DNA of 64,000 nucleotides, from the IMG/VR virus record IMGVR_UViG_3300046804_003469, positions 124,001 to 188,000 of that record, one strand, 5' to 3'. Below are positions 40,895-50,067 of this stretch, in pieces. The position numbers and the translations under genes were made by a program. Position 1 is the stretch's first letter. The number at the start of each line of letters is the position of its first letter. A model generated the notes under the pieces. The model was given only the letters and a program-made list of their open reading frames with translations. It was not told the DNA's origin and searched no databases.

Positions 40895-42386
40895 TACAGT
40901 TAACTTAGTTATCAGTAAATCTAACGAAGTTTTTTTAAAGATAAAAACAGAACCTCATATTGAATATGAATTAAGAGATCACTTCAAATTTGAAGTTCCT
41001 AATGCAAAGTTTATGCCTCAATATAGAGGTAGAAATTGGAATGGAGAAATACATTTATTTGATATGAGATCCAAGCAAATTTATGTGGGTCTCTTAGATA
41101 AAATTGTAAATTTTTGCGAGCAATATGGTTATTCATATAAATTTGAAGATAATAAATTTTATGGACAACCTTTTGAAATTAATGAGAATATCTCATACGA
41201 GGGTGTAAAAGATTACATGCAATCTATTTGTACTCATTCTCCACGGCAGTATCAAATAGAGGGAGTATACGACGCTCTACGACATAACCGAAAATTATTG
41301 ATATCACCCACAGCCTCAGGAAAATCCTTGATGATTTATTCCCTCGTAAGGTATTATGTAGATAAAGGACAAAAAATTCTTCTAGTTGTTCCAACGACAT
41401 CTTTGGTAGAACAGATGTACAAGGATTTCCAAGATTATAGTTGGGATGCTGAGTCATATTGTCATCGTATTTACTCTGGTAGAGAGAAAACAAATGAACA
41501 TTCTGTAACTATTACAACGTGGCAATCTGTATATAAGTTAGAACGTTCATTCTTTGAAGATTATAATGTGATTATAGGAGATGAAGCACATTTATTCAAG
41601 AGTAAGTCTCTGATTGAGATTATGACTAAGTTGCATCATGCAAAATATAGATTTGGATTTACAGGAACTCTTGATGGTACACAAACCCATAAATGGGTGC
41701 TTGAAGGATTATTTGGTCCTTCATATAAAGTTACTAAGACTGCTGAATTGATGGAACAAGGACATCTTTCTCAATTAGACATTAGATGTTTAGTTCTTAA
41801 ACATTCACCTCAAAAATTTGAAACTTATGAAGATGAAATTCAATATCTAATTTCCCATGATCAAAGAAATAAATTTATTACTAATTTAACTCTTGATTTG
41901 AAAGGTAATACTCTTGTTTTATTTTCAAGAGTAGAGTCTCATGGAGCAATACTTTTTGAAAGAATAAATAACAATAAGCGAGATGATCGTAAAGTATTTT
42001 TCATTCATGGAAAAGTGGATGCTGAAGAAAGAGAATTGGTAAGAGAAATTACTGAAAAAGAAAATAATGCAATTATTGTTGCATCATATGGGACATTCAG
42101 TACTGGTGTCAATATTAAAAATTTACATAATGTTATTTTTGCATCACCAAGTAAATCAAGAATTAGAAATCTACAAAGCATTGGAAGAGTTTTAAGAAAA
42201 GGAAAAAATAAAACTAAAGCAATGCTATATGATATTTCTGATGATTGTTCATATAACTCAAGAAAAAATTATACATTAAATCATTTTATAGAAAGAATCA
42301 AAATTTATAACGAAGAAAATTTTAACTATGAAATTATTACTATTCAATTAAAAAGTAAGTTGGAGGGTATGTTAAATGGGAATTGA
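40887..42386 (+). CDS. uvsW: SF2 helicase UvsW
   Basis: SPTASGKS, IGDEAH, GFTGTL, LQSIGRVLR. Confidence 0.96.
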   Translation: MVDTVNLVISKSNEVFLKIKTEPHIEYELRDHFKFEVPNAKFMPQYRGRNWNGEIHLFDMRSKQIYVGLLDKIVNFCEQYGYSYKFEDNKFYGQPFEINENISYEGVKDYMQSICTHSPRQYQIEGVYDALRHNRKLLISPTASGKSLMIYSLVRYYVDKGQKILLVVPTTSLVEQMYKDFQDYSWDAESYCHRIYSGREKTNEHSVTITTWQSVYKLERSFFEDYNVIIGDEAHLFKSKSLIEIMTKLHHAKYRFGFTGTLDGTQTHKWVLEGLFGPSYKVTKTAELMEQGHLSQLDIRCLVLKHSPQKFETYEDEIQYLISHDQRNKFITNLTLDLKGNTLVLFSRVESHGAILFERINNNKRDDRKVFFIHGKVDAEERELVREITEKENNAIIVASYGTFSTGVNIKNLHNVIFASPSKSRIRNLQSIGRVLRKGKNKTKAMLYDISDDCSYNSRKNYTLNHFIERIKIYNEENFNYEIITIQLKSKLEGMLNGN

Positions 42387-42768
42387 AGATGATTTTTATG
42401 CTACAGTTAAATTAAAGACAGGTGAAGAAATATTTGCTAAAGTTGCTGCATCTGAAGAGGAAGATAGAACTTTACTGATTGTATCTAATCCTATTATGAT
42501 TTCTGAAATTAAAACAAGAAATGGAATTGGATACAAAGTAGAACCTTGGTTGAAAACAACTAATGACGATATGTTTGTTATTAATTTAGATGATGTTCTT
42601 ACTATGAGTGAATCATCAGATATAGAAATAATTTCAATGTATCAATCTTATCTAAGACAAACTTATAAACTTAGAAATAAAGAAGCGAAGCTTGATAGAA
42701 GAATGGGATATATCTCTAATATAAATGATGCTAAAGAGATCTTAGAGAAACTTTATAAGAGTAACTAA
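42376..42768 (+). CDS. Hypothetical protein, Sm-like fold candidate
   Basis: VKLKTGEEIFAKV...NP...EPW pattern. Located between uvsW and gp55. Confidence 0.7.
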   Translation: MGIEDDFYATVKLKTGEEIFAKVAASEEEDRTLLIVSNPIMISEIKTRNGIGYKVEPWLKTTNDDMFVINLDDVLTMSESSDIEIISMYQSYLRQTYKLRNKEAKLDRRMGYISNINDAKEILEKLYKSN

Positions 42769-42804
42769 AGCTCTTAAGCTGTTCCCTCAAAGCCAGACAA
42801 ACCT

Positions 42805-42834
42805 AGTCTACAGTATTTGTAAAGGTCTTGTCAA
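42805..42834 (-). promoter_or_regulatory. Possible divergent antisense sigma70 promoter
   Basis: Minus strand TTGACA-18 nt-TAGACT, sharing the TTGTCAA element. Confidence 0.45.
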
Positions 42835-42856
42835 GCGTTCATCTCAGTGTTATAAT
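42828..42856 (+). promoter_or_regulatory. Sigma70-type promoter for gp55
   Basis: TTGTCA-17 nt-TATAAT. Confidence 0.8.
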
Positions 42857-42883
42857 TCCTACATTATAAATTAAATAATATAG

Positions 42884-43378
42884 ATGATCACAACAACAGT
42901 TATGACCAAAAGAAAGAGGTCAGAGCATTACGTCAACAACAAAGAGTTTTTAGCAGCACTTATTGCTTATCGTGAAAGTGTTGATCTTGCTGCCATTCGT
43001 GGAGAACCAAAACCACGTATTACAAATTATATTGGTGAATGCTTTCTTAAGATTGCAACACATCTTTCCTTTAAACCAAATTTTGTGAATTACATGTTTA
43101 AGGAAGATATGATTTGTGATGGTATTGAAAATTGTATCCAATACATTCATAATTTTAATCCAGAGAAATCTCAGAATCCCTTTGCTTACTTTACTCAAAT
43201 TATCAACTATGCTTTTTTGAGAAGAATTCAAAAAGAGAAAAAGCAATTAGAAATCAAAAATAAAATTCTTGAAAGAACTGGATTTGATCAGGTCTTTGAT
43301 GACTCATCGGTTGACGGATCTAACTATTCAGATTATAATTCAATCAAGGATGCCATCTATTCTAAACTTCGGTACTGA
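42884..43378 (+). CDS. gp55: Late-transcription sigma factor gp55
   Basis: HYVNNKEFL, IGECFLKIATHLS, NPFAYFTQI...AFLRRIQKEKKQ. Confidence 0.97.
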   Translation: MITTTVMTKRKRSEHYVNNKEFLAALIAYRESVDLAAIRGEPKPRITNYIGECFLKIATHLSFKPNFVNYMFKEDMICDGIENCIQYIHNFNPEKSQNPFAYFTQIINYAFLRRIQKEKKQLEIKNKILERTGFDQVFDDSSVDGSNYSDYNSIKDAIYSKLRY

Positions 43379-44419
43379 ATGAAAATAGCAATTATCACAG
43401 ACCAACATTTTGGTGCTAGAAAAAATTCAAAACTTTTTCACGATTATTTTTTACAATTTTATAATGACATATTTTTTCCTACTTTAGAAAAGGAAGGAAT
43501 TACTACTGTCGTTGATATGGGTGATACATTTGATAGTCGTAAAGGAATTGATTTTTCTGCTCTTGCTTGGGCAAAAGATAATTACTACGATAAACTTAAA
43601 TCTTTAGGATGTAAAGTTTATACAATTGTTGGAAATCATACGGCGTATTATAAAAACACAAACGACGTAAATGCTGTAGACCTGTTGTTGAGAGAATATA
43701 AAAATGTAGAGATAGTTTCTCATCCATCTGAGTTTATTCTTGATAATCTTAAAGTTCTTTTCATTCCATGGATTAATCAAGAAAATGAGCAGAAGACAAT
43801 GCAACTGATTAGAAATACAGAATCAACAGTTGCTATGGGTCATTTGGAGTTAAATGGATTTTCTCCTTATCGTGGTCATACTATGGATGGAGGAATGGAT
43901 CCAACTATTTTTGATAGATTTGAAAGAGTTTTTTCTGGTCATTATCATACTCGATCAACAAATGGTAAGATTTTTTATCTGGGTAATCCATATGAGATAT
44001 ATTGGAACGACGTAAATGATACTCGGGGATTTACTATTTTTGATACGGATACGTTAGAACATACTTCAGTAGATAATCCATATCAAATGTTTCATAACAT
44101 TTATTATGAAGATACTCCGTATCAGATGTTTGATACAAGATCTTATCAAAATAAAATTATTAGAGTTATTGTTAGAAAAAAATCAGATAGTAAAAAATTT
44201 GAAAAATTTATAGATAAACTCTATAGTGCAAACGTTTTTGAGTTAAAGGTAGTAGAAAATTTTCAAGTTAAAGAATCTGAAGAATTTGAAGCATTTGAAA
44301 GTGAAGATACTATCTCTATTTTGAATAGATATATAAAAGAGTCTGAAATTGAATTGGATAAATCAATTATTCAAGATATCATTCAAGAAGTTTATAAGGA
44401 AGCATGTGAGATGGTATAA
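43379..44419 (+). CDS. gp47: Recombination nuclease gp47 (Mre11/SbcD-like)
   Basis: TDQHFG, GDTFD, GNH, GHLE, SGHYH metallophosphoesterase motifs. Confidence 0.97.
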   Translation: MKIAIITDQHFGARKNSKLFHDYFLQFYNDIFFPTLEKEGITTVVDMGDTFDSRKGIDFSALAWAKDNYYDKLKSLGCKVYTIVGNHTAYYKNTNDVNAVDLLLREYKNVEIVSHPSEFILDNLKVLFIPWINQENEQKTMQLIRNTESTVAMGHLELNGFSPYRGHTMDGGMDPTIFDRFERVFSGHYHTRSTNGKIFYLGNPYEIYWNDVNDTRGFTIFDTDTLEHTSVDNPYQMFHNIYYEDTPYQMFDTRSYQNKIIRVIVRKKSDSKKFEKFIDKLYSANVFELKVVENFQVKESEEFEAFESEDTISILNRYIKESEIELDKSIIQDIIQEVYKEACEMV

Positions 44420-44689
44420 ATGTACATACTAACTATCAATGGTAAAGAAACAGAAGGTGCATATTCAGTAACTGATGAAGAGGGAGATAATATTCTTTAT
44501 ATCTTCCAAGAAGAGGATGATGCAGTTCGTTTTGCCATGATGTTAGAAGAAGATGGATTTCCAGAAATGCATGTAATTGAAGTAGAAGATCATATCATGA
44601 TGAAGACATGTGAAATCCAAAATTACAGATATAGTATAATTACTAAAGATGATATTGTGATACCCCCAGAAGACCATGATTTTATTTGA
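44420..44689 (+). CDS. Small acidic hypothetical protein
   Basis: EGAYSV...FQEEDDAVRFAMMLE...DDIVIPP. Abuts gp47 and overlaps gp46. Confidence 0.8.
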   Translation: MYILTINGKETEGAYSVTDEEGDNILYIFQEEDDAVRFAMMLEEDGFPEMHVIEVEDHIMMKTCEIQNYRYSIITKDDIVIPPEDHDFI

Positions 44690-46388
44690 AAAAATTCGTT
44701 GGAAAAACTTTTTAAGCACTGGAAATCAGTTTACGGAAGTCATTCTCAACAAGACAGATAACACTCTTATTATAGGATCAAATGGTGCTGGAAAGAGTAC
44801 AATTCTTGATGCATTGACTTTTTCACTTTTTGGAAAACCTTTTCGTAAAATTAATAAACCACAACTTATAAATTCTACGAATGAAAAGGATTGTTTAGTT
44901 GAGGTTGAATTATCTATTGGTTCTACTTCTTGGAAAGTTGTGCGTGGAATTAAACCAGCAATATTTGAAATTTATAGAAATGGTAAACTTTTAGATCAAT
45001 CTGCTGCTGCTTTAGACCAACAAAAATGGTTAGAGCAAACTGTATTAAAAATGAATTACAAATCTTTCACTCAGATTGTAATTCTTGGATCAAGTACATT
45101 TGTCCCCTTTATGCAACTTCCTGCTGCTCATAGGAGAGAAGTTATTGAAGATCTTTTGGATATTAAAATATTTTCTTCAATGACTTCAATTATTAAGGAT
45201 AAAATACGTCAAATTAAAGATGATATCAAAGTTTTGAATCTTAAAAAAGATTCTTTAAAAGATAAAGTTGATATGCAACAAAATTTTATTGAAGAATTGG
45301 AAAATCGTGGAAATGCCAAAATAAATGCCAATAAAGAAAAGATTGCAAATTTAGATCAAGAAGTTGGTGTTTATATGGTGGATAACTCTGCTATTGAAGA
45401 AGGAATTTATAAACTTCAAAAAGAACAAGAGGGAGTTATTAGTTCTGTAGAAAAAATAAAAAAACTTAATAATCTTAAAGGTAAAGTATCTCAAAAAGTA
45501 GTATCAGTAACAAGAGAGCATAAGTTTTTTAAAGAAAATACGGTATGCCCTACTTGTACTCAAACAATTGAAGAAGAATTTCGGTTAAATAAAGTTGCAG
45601 ATGCTCAAAATAAAGCAAAAGAACTCCAAAAAGGTTATCAAGAACTTGAGGAGACTATAAAAAATGAACAGGAAAGAGAGCGTCAATTTATTGAACTTTC
45701 CAAAGAAATTACAAAACTAAACCATGAGATTTCGCAGAATAATACTCGCATTTCCTTCAACCAAAGACAAATTCAAGATCTTGAATCTGAAATTCAAACT
45801 ATTACCGAACAGATTAAGAATAAAAATACTGAACATGAAAAATTAGAAGAATTTAAAAAAAATCTAACGGAAACTTTTTCTGAACTAGCAGAGAAAAAAG
45901 ACAAAATTAATTATTATGATTTTTCATATAGTTTACTTAAAGATGGTGGAGTAAAAACTAAAATCATCAAGAAGTATCTACCGCTGATAAATCAGCAAGT
46001 TAATCGTTATCTTCAAATGATGGATTTTTATATCAATTTTACTCTTGATGAAGAGTTTGATGAAACTATTCAATCTCCCATTCATGAAGATTTTTCTTAT
46101 GCTTCTTTTAGTGAGGGTGAAAAAATGAGAATTGATTTGTCTCTTTTGTTTACTTGGAGAGAAGTTGCCAGATATAAAAATTCAGTAAATACGAATCTTT
46201 TAATCCTTGATGAAGTATTTGATTCTTCTTTAGATGGATTTGGTACTGATGAATTTTTAAAAATTATTCGGTATGTTATAAAAGATGCTAATATCTTTGT
46301 TATTTCGCATAAAACGGGAATGGAAGATAAATTTAGAAGTGTAGTAAAATTTGAAAAAATTAAAGGTTTTAGTAGGATGGTTTCTTAA
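44676..46388 (+). CDS. gp46: Recombination ATPase gp46 (Rad50/SbcC-like)
   Basis: GSNGAGKS, CPTC zinc hook, FSEGEK signature, LILDEVFD. Confidence 0.97.
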   Translation: MILFEKIRWKNFLSTGNQFTEVILNKTDNTLIIGSNGAGKSTILDALTFSLFGKPFRKINKPQLINSTNEKDCLVEVELSIGSTSWKVVRGIKPAIFEIYRNGKLLDQSAAALDQQKWLEQTVLKMNYKSFTQIVILGSSTFVPFMQLPAAHRREVIEDLLDIKIFSSMTSIIKDKIRQIKDDIKVLNLKKDSLKDKVDMQQNFIEELENRGNAKINANKEKIANLDQEVGVYMVDNSAIEEGIYKLQKEQEGVISSVEKIKKLNNLKGKVSQKVVSVTREHKFFKENTVCPTCTQTIEEEFRLNKVADAQNKAKELQKGYQELEETIKNEQERERQFIELSKEITKLNHEISQNNTRISFNQRQIQDLESEIQTITEQIKNKNTEHEKLEEFKKNLTETFSELAEKKDKINYYDFSYSLLKDGGVKTKIIKKYLPLINQQVNRYLQMMDFYINFTLDEEFDETIQSPIHEDFSYASFSEGEKMRIDLSLLFTWREVARYKNSVNTNLLILDEVFDSSLDGFGTDEFLKIIRYVIKDANIFVISHKTGMEDKFRSVVKFEKIKGFSRMVS

Positions 46389-46432
46389 GTGGCACATGAA
46401 GAAGATTGGGCAGATCGTTTGGTAAATAGGAT
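46386..46432 (+). promoter_or_regulatory. Phage-type promoter: AAGTGGCACA box plus -10 TAGGAT
   Basis: 31-nt spacing from TGGCAC to the -10, identical to the copies at 46582 and 48812. Confidence 0.55.
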
Positions 46433-46464
46433 ATGGGACTTCATAGATAGGATCTGTTACCCTG

Positions 46465-46650
46465 ATGGCAAACCACAAGATCTGGGAAAGTGGTCGCAAT
46501 CCTCACAGGAGGAACGACAAGGGGAAAAAGAAACCCCAAGCACTCCGACAAGCAAAAGCACGACTGAACCACTTTAAAAAGTGTCACAAGACCTCCCCCA
46601 AAAAGGGAGGTTCTTCTTTATTGTACGTTCATACGATTCAAATCAAATGA
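46465..46650 (+). CDS. 61-aa highly basic protein with an internal terminator (ArfA/BrfA-like gene architecture)
   Basis: MANHKIWESGRNPHRRNDKGKKKPQALRQAKARLNHFKK... Own promoter upstream; ATGA overlap with the next gene. Confidence 0.6.
   Translation: MANHKIWESGRNPHRRNDKGKKKPQALRQAKARLNHFKKCHKTSPKKGGSSLLYVHTIQIK
46569..46624 (+). promoter_or_regulatory. Phage-type promoter: CCACTT-N3-AAAGTGTCACAAGA plus -10 TATTGT
   Basis: Near-identical box at 48799-48821, with the same 31-nt spacing. Confidence 0.7.
46591..46619 (+). terminator. Intrinsic terminator-like hairpin inside ORF 46465..46650
   Basis: ACCTCCC-CCAAAAA-GGGAGGT followed by TCTTCTTT. Confidence 0.6.
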
Positions 46651-48797
46651 CCGTCCGCCACGAAATCAAGTCTCAACTCGCCAAACTTCTTGCTACTGAA
46701 GACCTTGTGGTTGAGCACAAGAAAGTAGAGACCGCTTGCTTCAACGTCCATACTCGTGTGCTGACTCTTCCAATGTGGGAGAAGGCAAGCAACACCGTCT
46801 ATGACCTGCTGGTTGGTCACGAAGTTGGTCACGCTCTTTATACTCCAGATGAAGATTGGTTGAAAGAATATAAGATTCCACCTCAGTTTGTGAATGTGGT
46901 GGAGGATGCTCGTATTGAGAAACTGATGAAGCGTCGTTATGCTGGTCTGGCGAAGACTTTCTTCAACGGATACAAGGAACTTGCCGACGATGATTTCTTT
47001 CAAATCAAAGACGACAACCTGGAAACTTATAATCTTGCCGACCGTGCAAACCTGTGGTTCAAGATTGGTAATTATACTCAGGTGCCGATTGAGCATGGTG
47101 AAGAGACTGATATTATCAATCTGATTGCCGAAACTGAAACTTTTGCCGATGTGCTGATTGCCGCAGAGGCACTCTACAAGTATTGTAAGCACAAGCAAGA
47201 AGAAGAAACAAAGACTTCTCTGGATAATCTTGAGTCCCAACAGAGTGGTTCTAATCAACCTGCTTCTGACTTTAGTGATCAACAAGAAGGTGAAAACGAT
47301 CAACCAGAATCTGGTGCTAGTGATGGTTCTTCTTCTGATGAATCTACTCAACAACCTACTCAACAAACTCCCCAAGAAATGGGTGGTGAAAAGGATGAAG
47401 ATCCAGAAGTAAAGACGATGGATTCTCTGGAAGAGTCTCTAAAAGAACTTGTGAATAATAGCACTCCTGAAAATGTTTATTTGGAACTTCCTCAACTTGA
47501 CTTAAAAAAAGTCATTGTTCCAAATGATATTATTCATTCTAAGTGTGAACAAGAATGGGATAACTATATTCAAGTGCGAGAATGTACATATGATCAAATT
47601 TTTGGTGTAGTTGATAAGTCATTTATCGAGTTCAAGCGTTCTGCTCAGAAAGAAGTCAACTATCTGGTGAAAGAGTTTGAGTGTCGCAAGGCAGCAGATT
47701 CCTATGCCCGTGCATCAACTGCCCGTACTGGTGTTCTGGACTGCTCCAAACTTCATACCTACAAGTACAACGAAGACCTGTTTAAAAAAGTCACTACTTT
47801 TGCCGATGGTAAAAATCATGGTCTAGTGTTTGTTCTGGATTGGTCTGGATCTATGAATGAGGTGATGTTGGATACTGTCAAGCAACTCTTCAATCTTGTA
47901 TGGTTCTGTAAGAAAGTTGCAATTCCGTTTGAGGTTTATGCTTTCACTTCGGATTATCCTTTAGTATCTTACGATGAAAATGGTCGATCTAATTTGAGGC
48001 AACTTTCTTATAAAAAACGTGATGGTTTGATTCAAGTTGGGGAATGGTTTTCTATGATGAATCTGTTGACTAGTAATACTAATAATAAAGTTCTTGATCA
48101 ACAGATGAAAAATCTCTATCGTATTGCATATTCTTTTGGTAGAAATTGTTATACTTCTTATTCAATTCCAAATGGACTTTCTCTTTCTGGAACTCCTTTG
48201 AATGAAGCAATTATTTCTCTTCATCAAATTCTCCCTAAATTTCAGAAAGAAAACAAACTTCAAAAAGTTCAGTGTGTGGTTTTAACTGATGGTGAAGCAT
48301 GTGGTATCAAATATCATCGTGAAGTAAAACGTCATTGGGAGCAAGAACCTTTTCTTGGAACTTTTCATATTGGAAGGGATGCTATTCTTCGTGACCGCAA
48401 AACGGGAAATACTTATTCTTTGGATTGTGAATGGCATCAATTTACTGATATTCTTCTTCGCAATATTCGTGATCGTTTTGTCGATATTAACTTTATCGGT
48501 ATTCGTGTTCTCGAATCCCGTGATGCTGGTAGTTTTATTCGCCGTTATTGTGGATTTTATGGTGAAGAACATGATAAAGTGATGGGTGCTTGGCGTAAAG
48601 AAAAAGCATTTTCTATTAAAAAGTCTGGATACCATACTTACTTTGGTCTTTCTGCAACTGCTCTTTCTCAAGATACTGAATTTGAAGTTGCTGAATGTGC
48701 TACTAAATCTCAAATCAAATCTGCATTTGTAAAAAGTTTAAAATCGAAAAAAATGAACAAAAAAATTCTGGGTGAGTTTGTGGAACTGGTTGCCTGA
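46647..48797 (+). CDS. CobT-like protein: HExxH metallopeptidase-like domain, acidic linker, vWA domain
   Basis: GHEVGHALYT, NVVEDARIEK, MIDAS motif DWSGSM, SGTPL, LTDGE. Confidence 0.85.
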   Translation: MTVRHEIKSQLAKLLATEDLVVEHKKVETACFNVHTRVLTLPMWEKASNTVYDLLVGHEVGHALYTPDEDWLKEYKIPPQFVNVVEDARIEKLMKRRYAGLAKTFFNGYKELADDDFFQIKDDNLETYNLADRANLWFKIGNYTQVPIEHGEETDIINLIAETETFADVLIAAEALYKYCKHKQEEETKTSLDNLESQQSGSNQPASDFSDQQEGENDQPESGASDGSSSDESTQQPTQQTPQEMGGEKDEDPEVKTMDSLEESLKELVNNSTPENVYLELPQLDLKKVIVPNDIIHSKCEQEWDNYIQVRECTYDQIFGVVDKSFIEFKRSAQKEVNYLVKEFECRKAADSYARASTARTGVLDCSKLHTYKYNEDLFKKVTTFADGKNHGLVFVLDWSGSMNEVMLDTVKQLFNLVWFCKKVAIPFEVYAFTSDYPLVSYDENGRSNLRQLSYKKRDGLIQVGEWFSMMNLLTSNTNNKVLDQQMKNLYRIAYSFGRNCYTSYSIPNGLSLSGTPLNEAIISLHQILPKFQKENKLQKVQCVVLTDGEACGIKYHREVKRHWEQEPFLGTFHIGRDAILRDRKTGNTYSLDCEWHQFTDILLRNIRDRFVDINFIGIRVLESRDAGSFIRRYCGFYGEEHDKVMGAWRKEKAFSIKKSGYHTYFGLSATALSQDTEFEVAECATKSQIKSAFVKSLKSKKMNKKILGEFVELVA

Positions 48798-48798
48798 T

Positions 48799-48854
48799 CC
48801 ACTTTTCAAACTGTCACAAGAGTCATCTCTATGCCCCTTGTGTGCCCCTATAAT
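48799..48854 (+). promoter_or_regulatory. Phage-type promoter: CCACTT-N3-AAACTGTCACAAGA plus -10 TATAAT
   Basis: Perfect -10 located 31 nt after TGTCAC; no canonical -35. Confidence 0.75.
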
Positions 48855-48886
48855 TACTTTGTTGAAACAATTCCACTTAACTCATC

Positions 48887-49999
48887 ATGCCCCGTAAAAT
48901 TTCTGTGACTGACGACCAACTGATTACTGATCTTCGTTCTGTGTTTGGTAGTGAAGTAATTGCTGCCGATATTCGTGGATTTTGTGCCTCTCGTGGTCTT
49001 AACTATCAAACTGTGACTCGTCGCCTTGATAACTATAAGACTGGTCGTGGTCGTTGGAATCTTGAGGTAACTCAAGAACGTGTTGAAGAAATTGAACGTT
49101 CTTACCAATCTCCTGCAGTTCTTCCTGTCGTGGAACAAAACCTTATTCCTGATAAAGATGATACCTTCGTCAAGTTTGGTAATTTTAACGATATTAAAAA
49201 AATTATTCAGTCCCGTCTTTTTTATCCTACGTTTATTACGGGTCTTTCGGGTAATGGTAAAACGTTCAGTGTGGAGCAAGCATGTGCTCAATTGGGTCGG
49301 GAACTGATTCGTGTCAACATCACCATTGAGACCGATGAGGATGATCTGATTGGTGGTTTCCGTCTTGTGAATGGTGAAACTGCATGGCATAACGGTCCTG
49401 TGATTGAAGCATTAGAGCGTGGTGCAATTCTTCTTCTGGATGAGATTGATCTTGCTTCTAACAAGATTCTGTGTCTCCAATCTGTTCTTGAAGGTAAGGG
49501 CGTCTTCCTCAAAAAAATTGGTCGATTCGTGAAACCCGCTGCTGGATTCAACGTGATTGCCACTGCAAATACCAAGGGTAAGGGTTCTGATGATGGTCGT
49601 TTCATTGGCACCAACGTGCTCAACGAAGCATTCCTTGAACGCTTCCCCGTGACCTTTGAGCAGTCCTACCCTGCTCCCGCAACGGAGCAGAAGATCCTGG
49701 AAGGCATCGCTCTGGACCTTGGCGTGGAAGACCGCGACTTCTGCAAGCAATTGGTAAATTGGTCTGATATTATTAGGAAAACTTTCTATGATGGTGGTAT
49801 TGAAGAAATCATTAGCACCCGACGACTGGTTCATATCATTCGTGCATATAGTATTTTTGGTGATAAGGCAAAGGCAATCCAAGTTTGCATTAACCGCTTT
49901 GACGATGAAACCAAAACCGCATTCCTTGAACTTTATGATAAAATTGATGTCAATTTTGAACTTCCAAAAGAAGAGAGTGGCGAGACTCCTACTTTCTAA
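48887..49999 (+). CDS. cobS: CobS/MoxR-like AAA+ ATPase
   Basis: GLSGNGKT, LLLDEID, ATANTKGKG, NEAFLERF, STRRLV. Confidence 0.9.
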   Translation: MPRKISVTDDQLITDLRSVFGSEVIAADIRGFCASRGLNYQTVTRRLDNYKTGRGRWNLEVTQERVEEIERSYQSPAVLPVVEQNLIPDKDDTFVKFGNFNDIKKIIQSRLFYPTFITGLSGNGKTFSVEQACAQLGRELIRVNITIETDEDDLIGGFRLVNGETAWHNGPVIEALERGAILLLDEIDLASNKILCLQSVLEGKGVFLKKIGRFVKPAAGFNVIATANTKGKGSDDGRFIGTNVLNEAFLERFPVTFEQSYPAPATEQKILEGIALDLGVEDRDFCKQLVNWSDIIRKTFYDGGIEEIISTRRLVHIIRAYSIFGDKAKAIQVCINRFDDETKTAFLELYDKIDVNFELPKEESGETPTF

Positions 50000-50020
50000 T
50001 TTCTAATAAAACTTTTTTAC

Positions 50021-50060
50021 TGAAAAGTGTTATTCGTATAAATAGTAATAGCACTTTTCA
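50021..50060 (+). promoter_or_regulatory. 14-bp hairpin with late promoter TATAAATA (50037-50044) in its loop
   Basis: TGAAAAGTGTTATT / AATAGCACTTTTCA inverted repeat ending 7 nt before the HNH ATG. Confidence 0.75.
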
Positions 50061-50067
50061 CCAACTT

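Noticed and set aside
46389-46577. 62-aa GTG ORF overlapping the basic ORF in another frame
   Set aside because: Its start lies within the promoter box and upstream of the predicted TSS, and its C-terminal half is low-complexity. It cannot be fully excluded because it abuts the gp46 stop.
46638-49882. Long antisense ORFs (245, 178, 156 aa) opposite cobT/cobS
   Set aside because: Shadow ORFs from codon bias; no recognisable motifs or promoters
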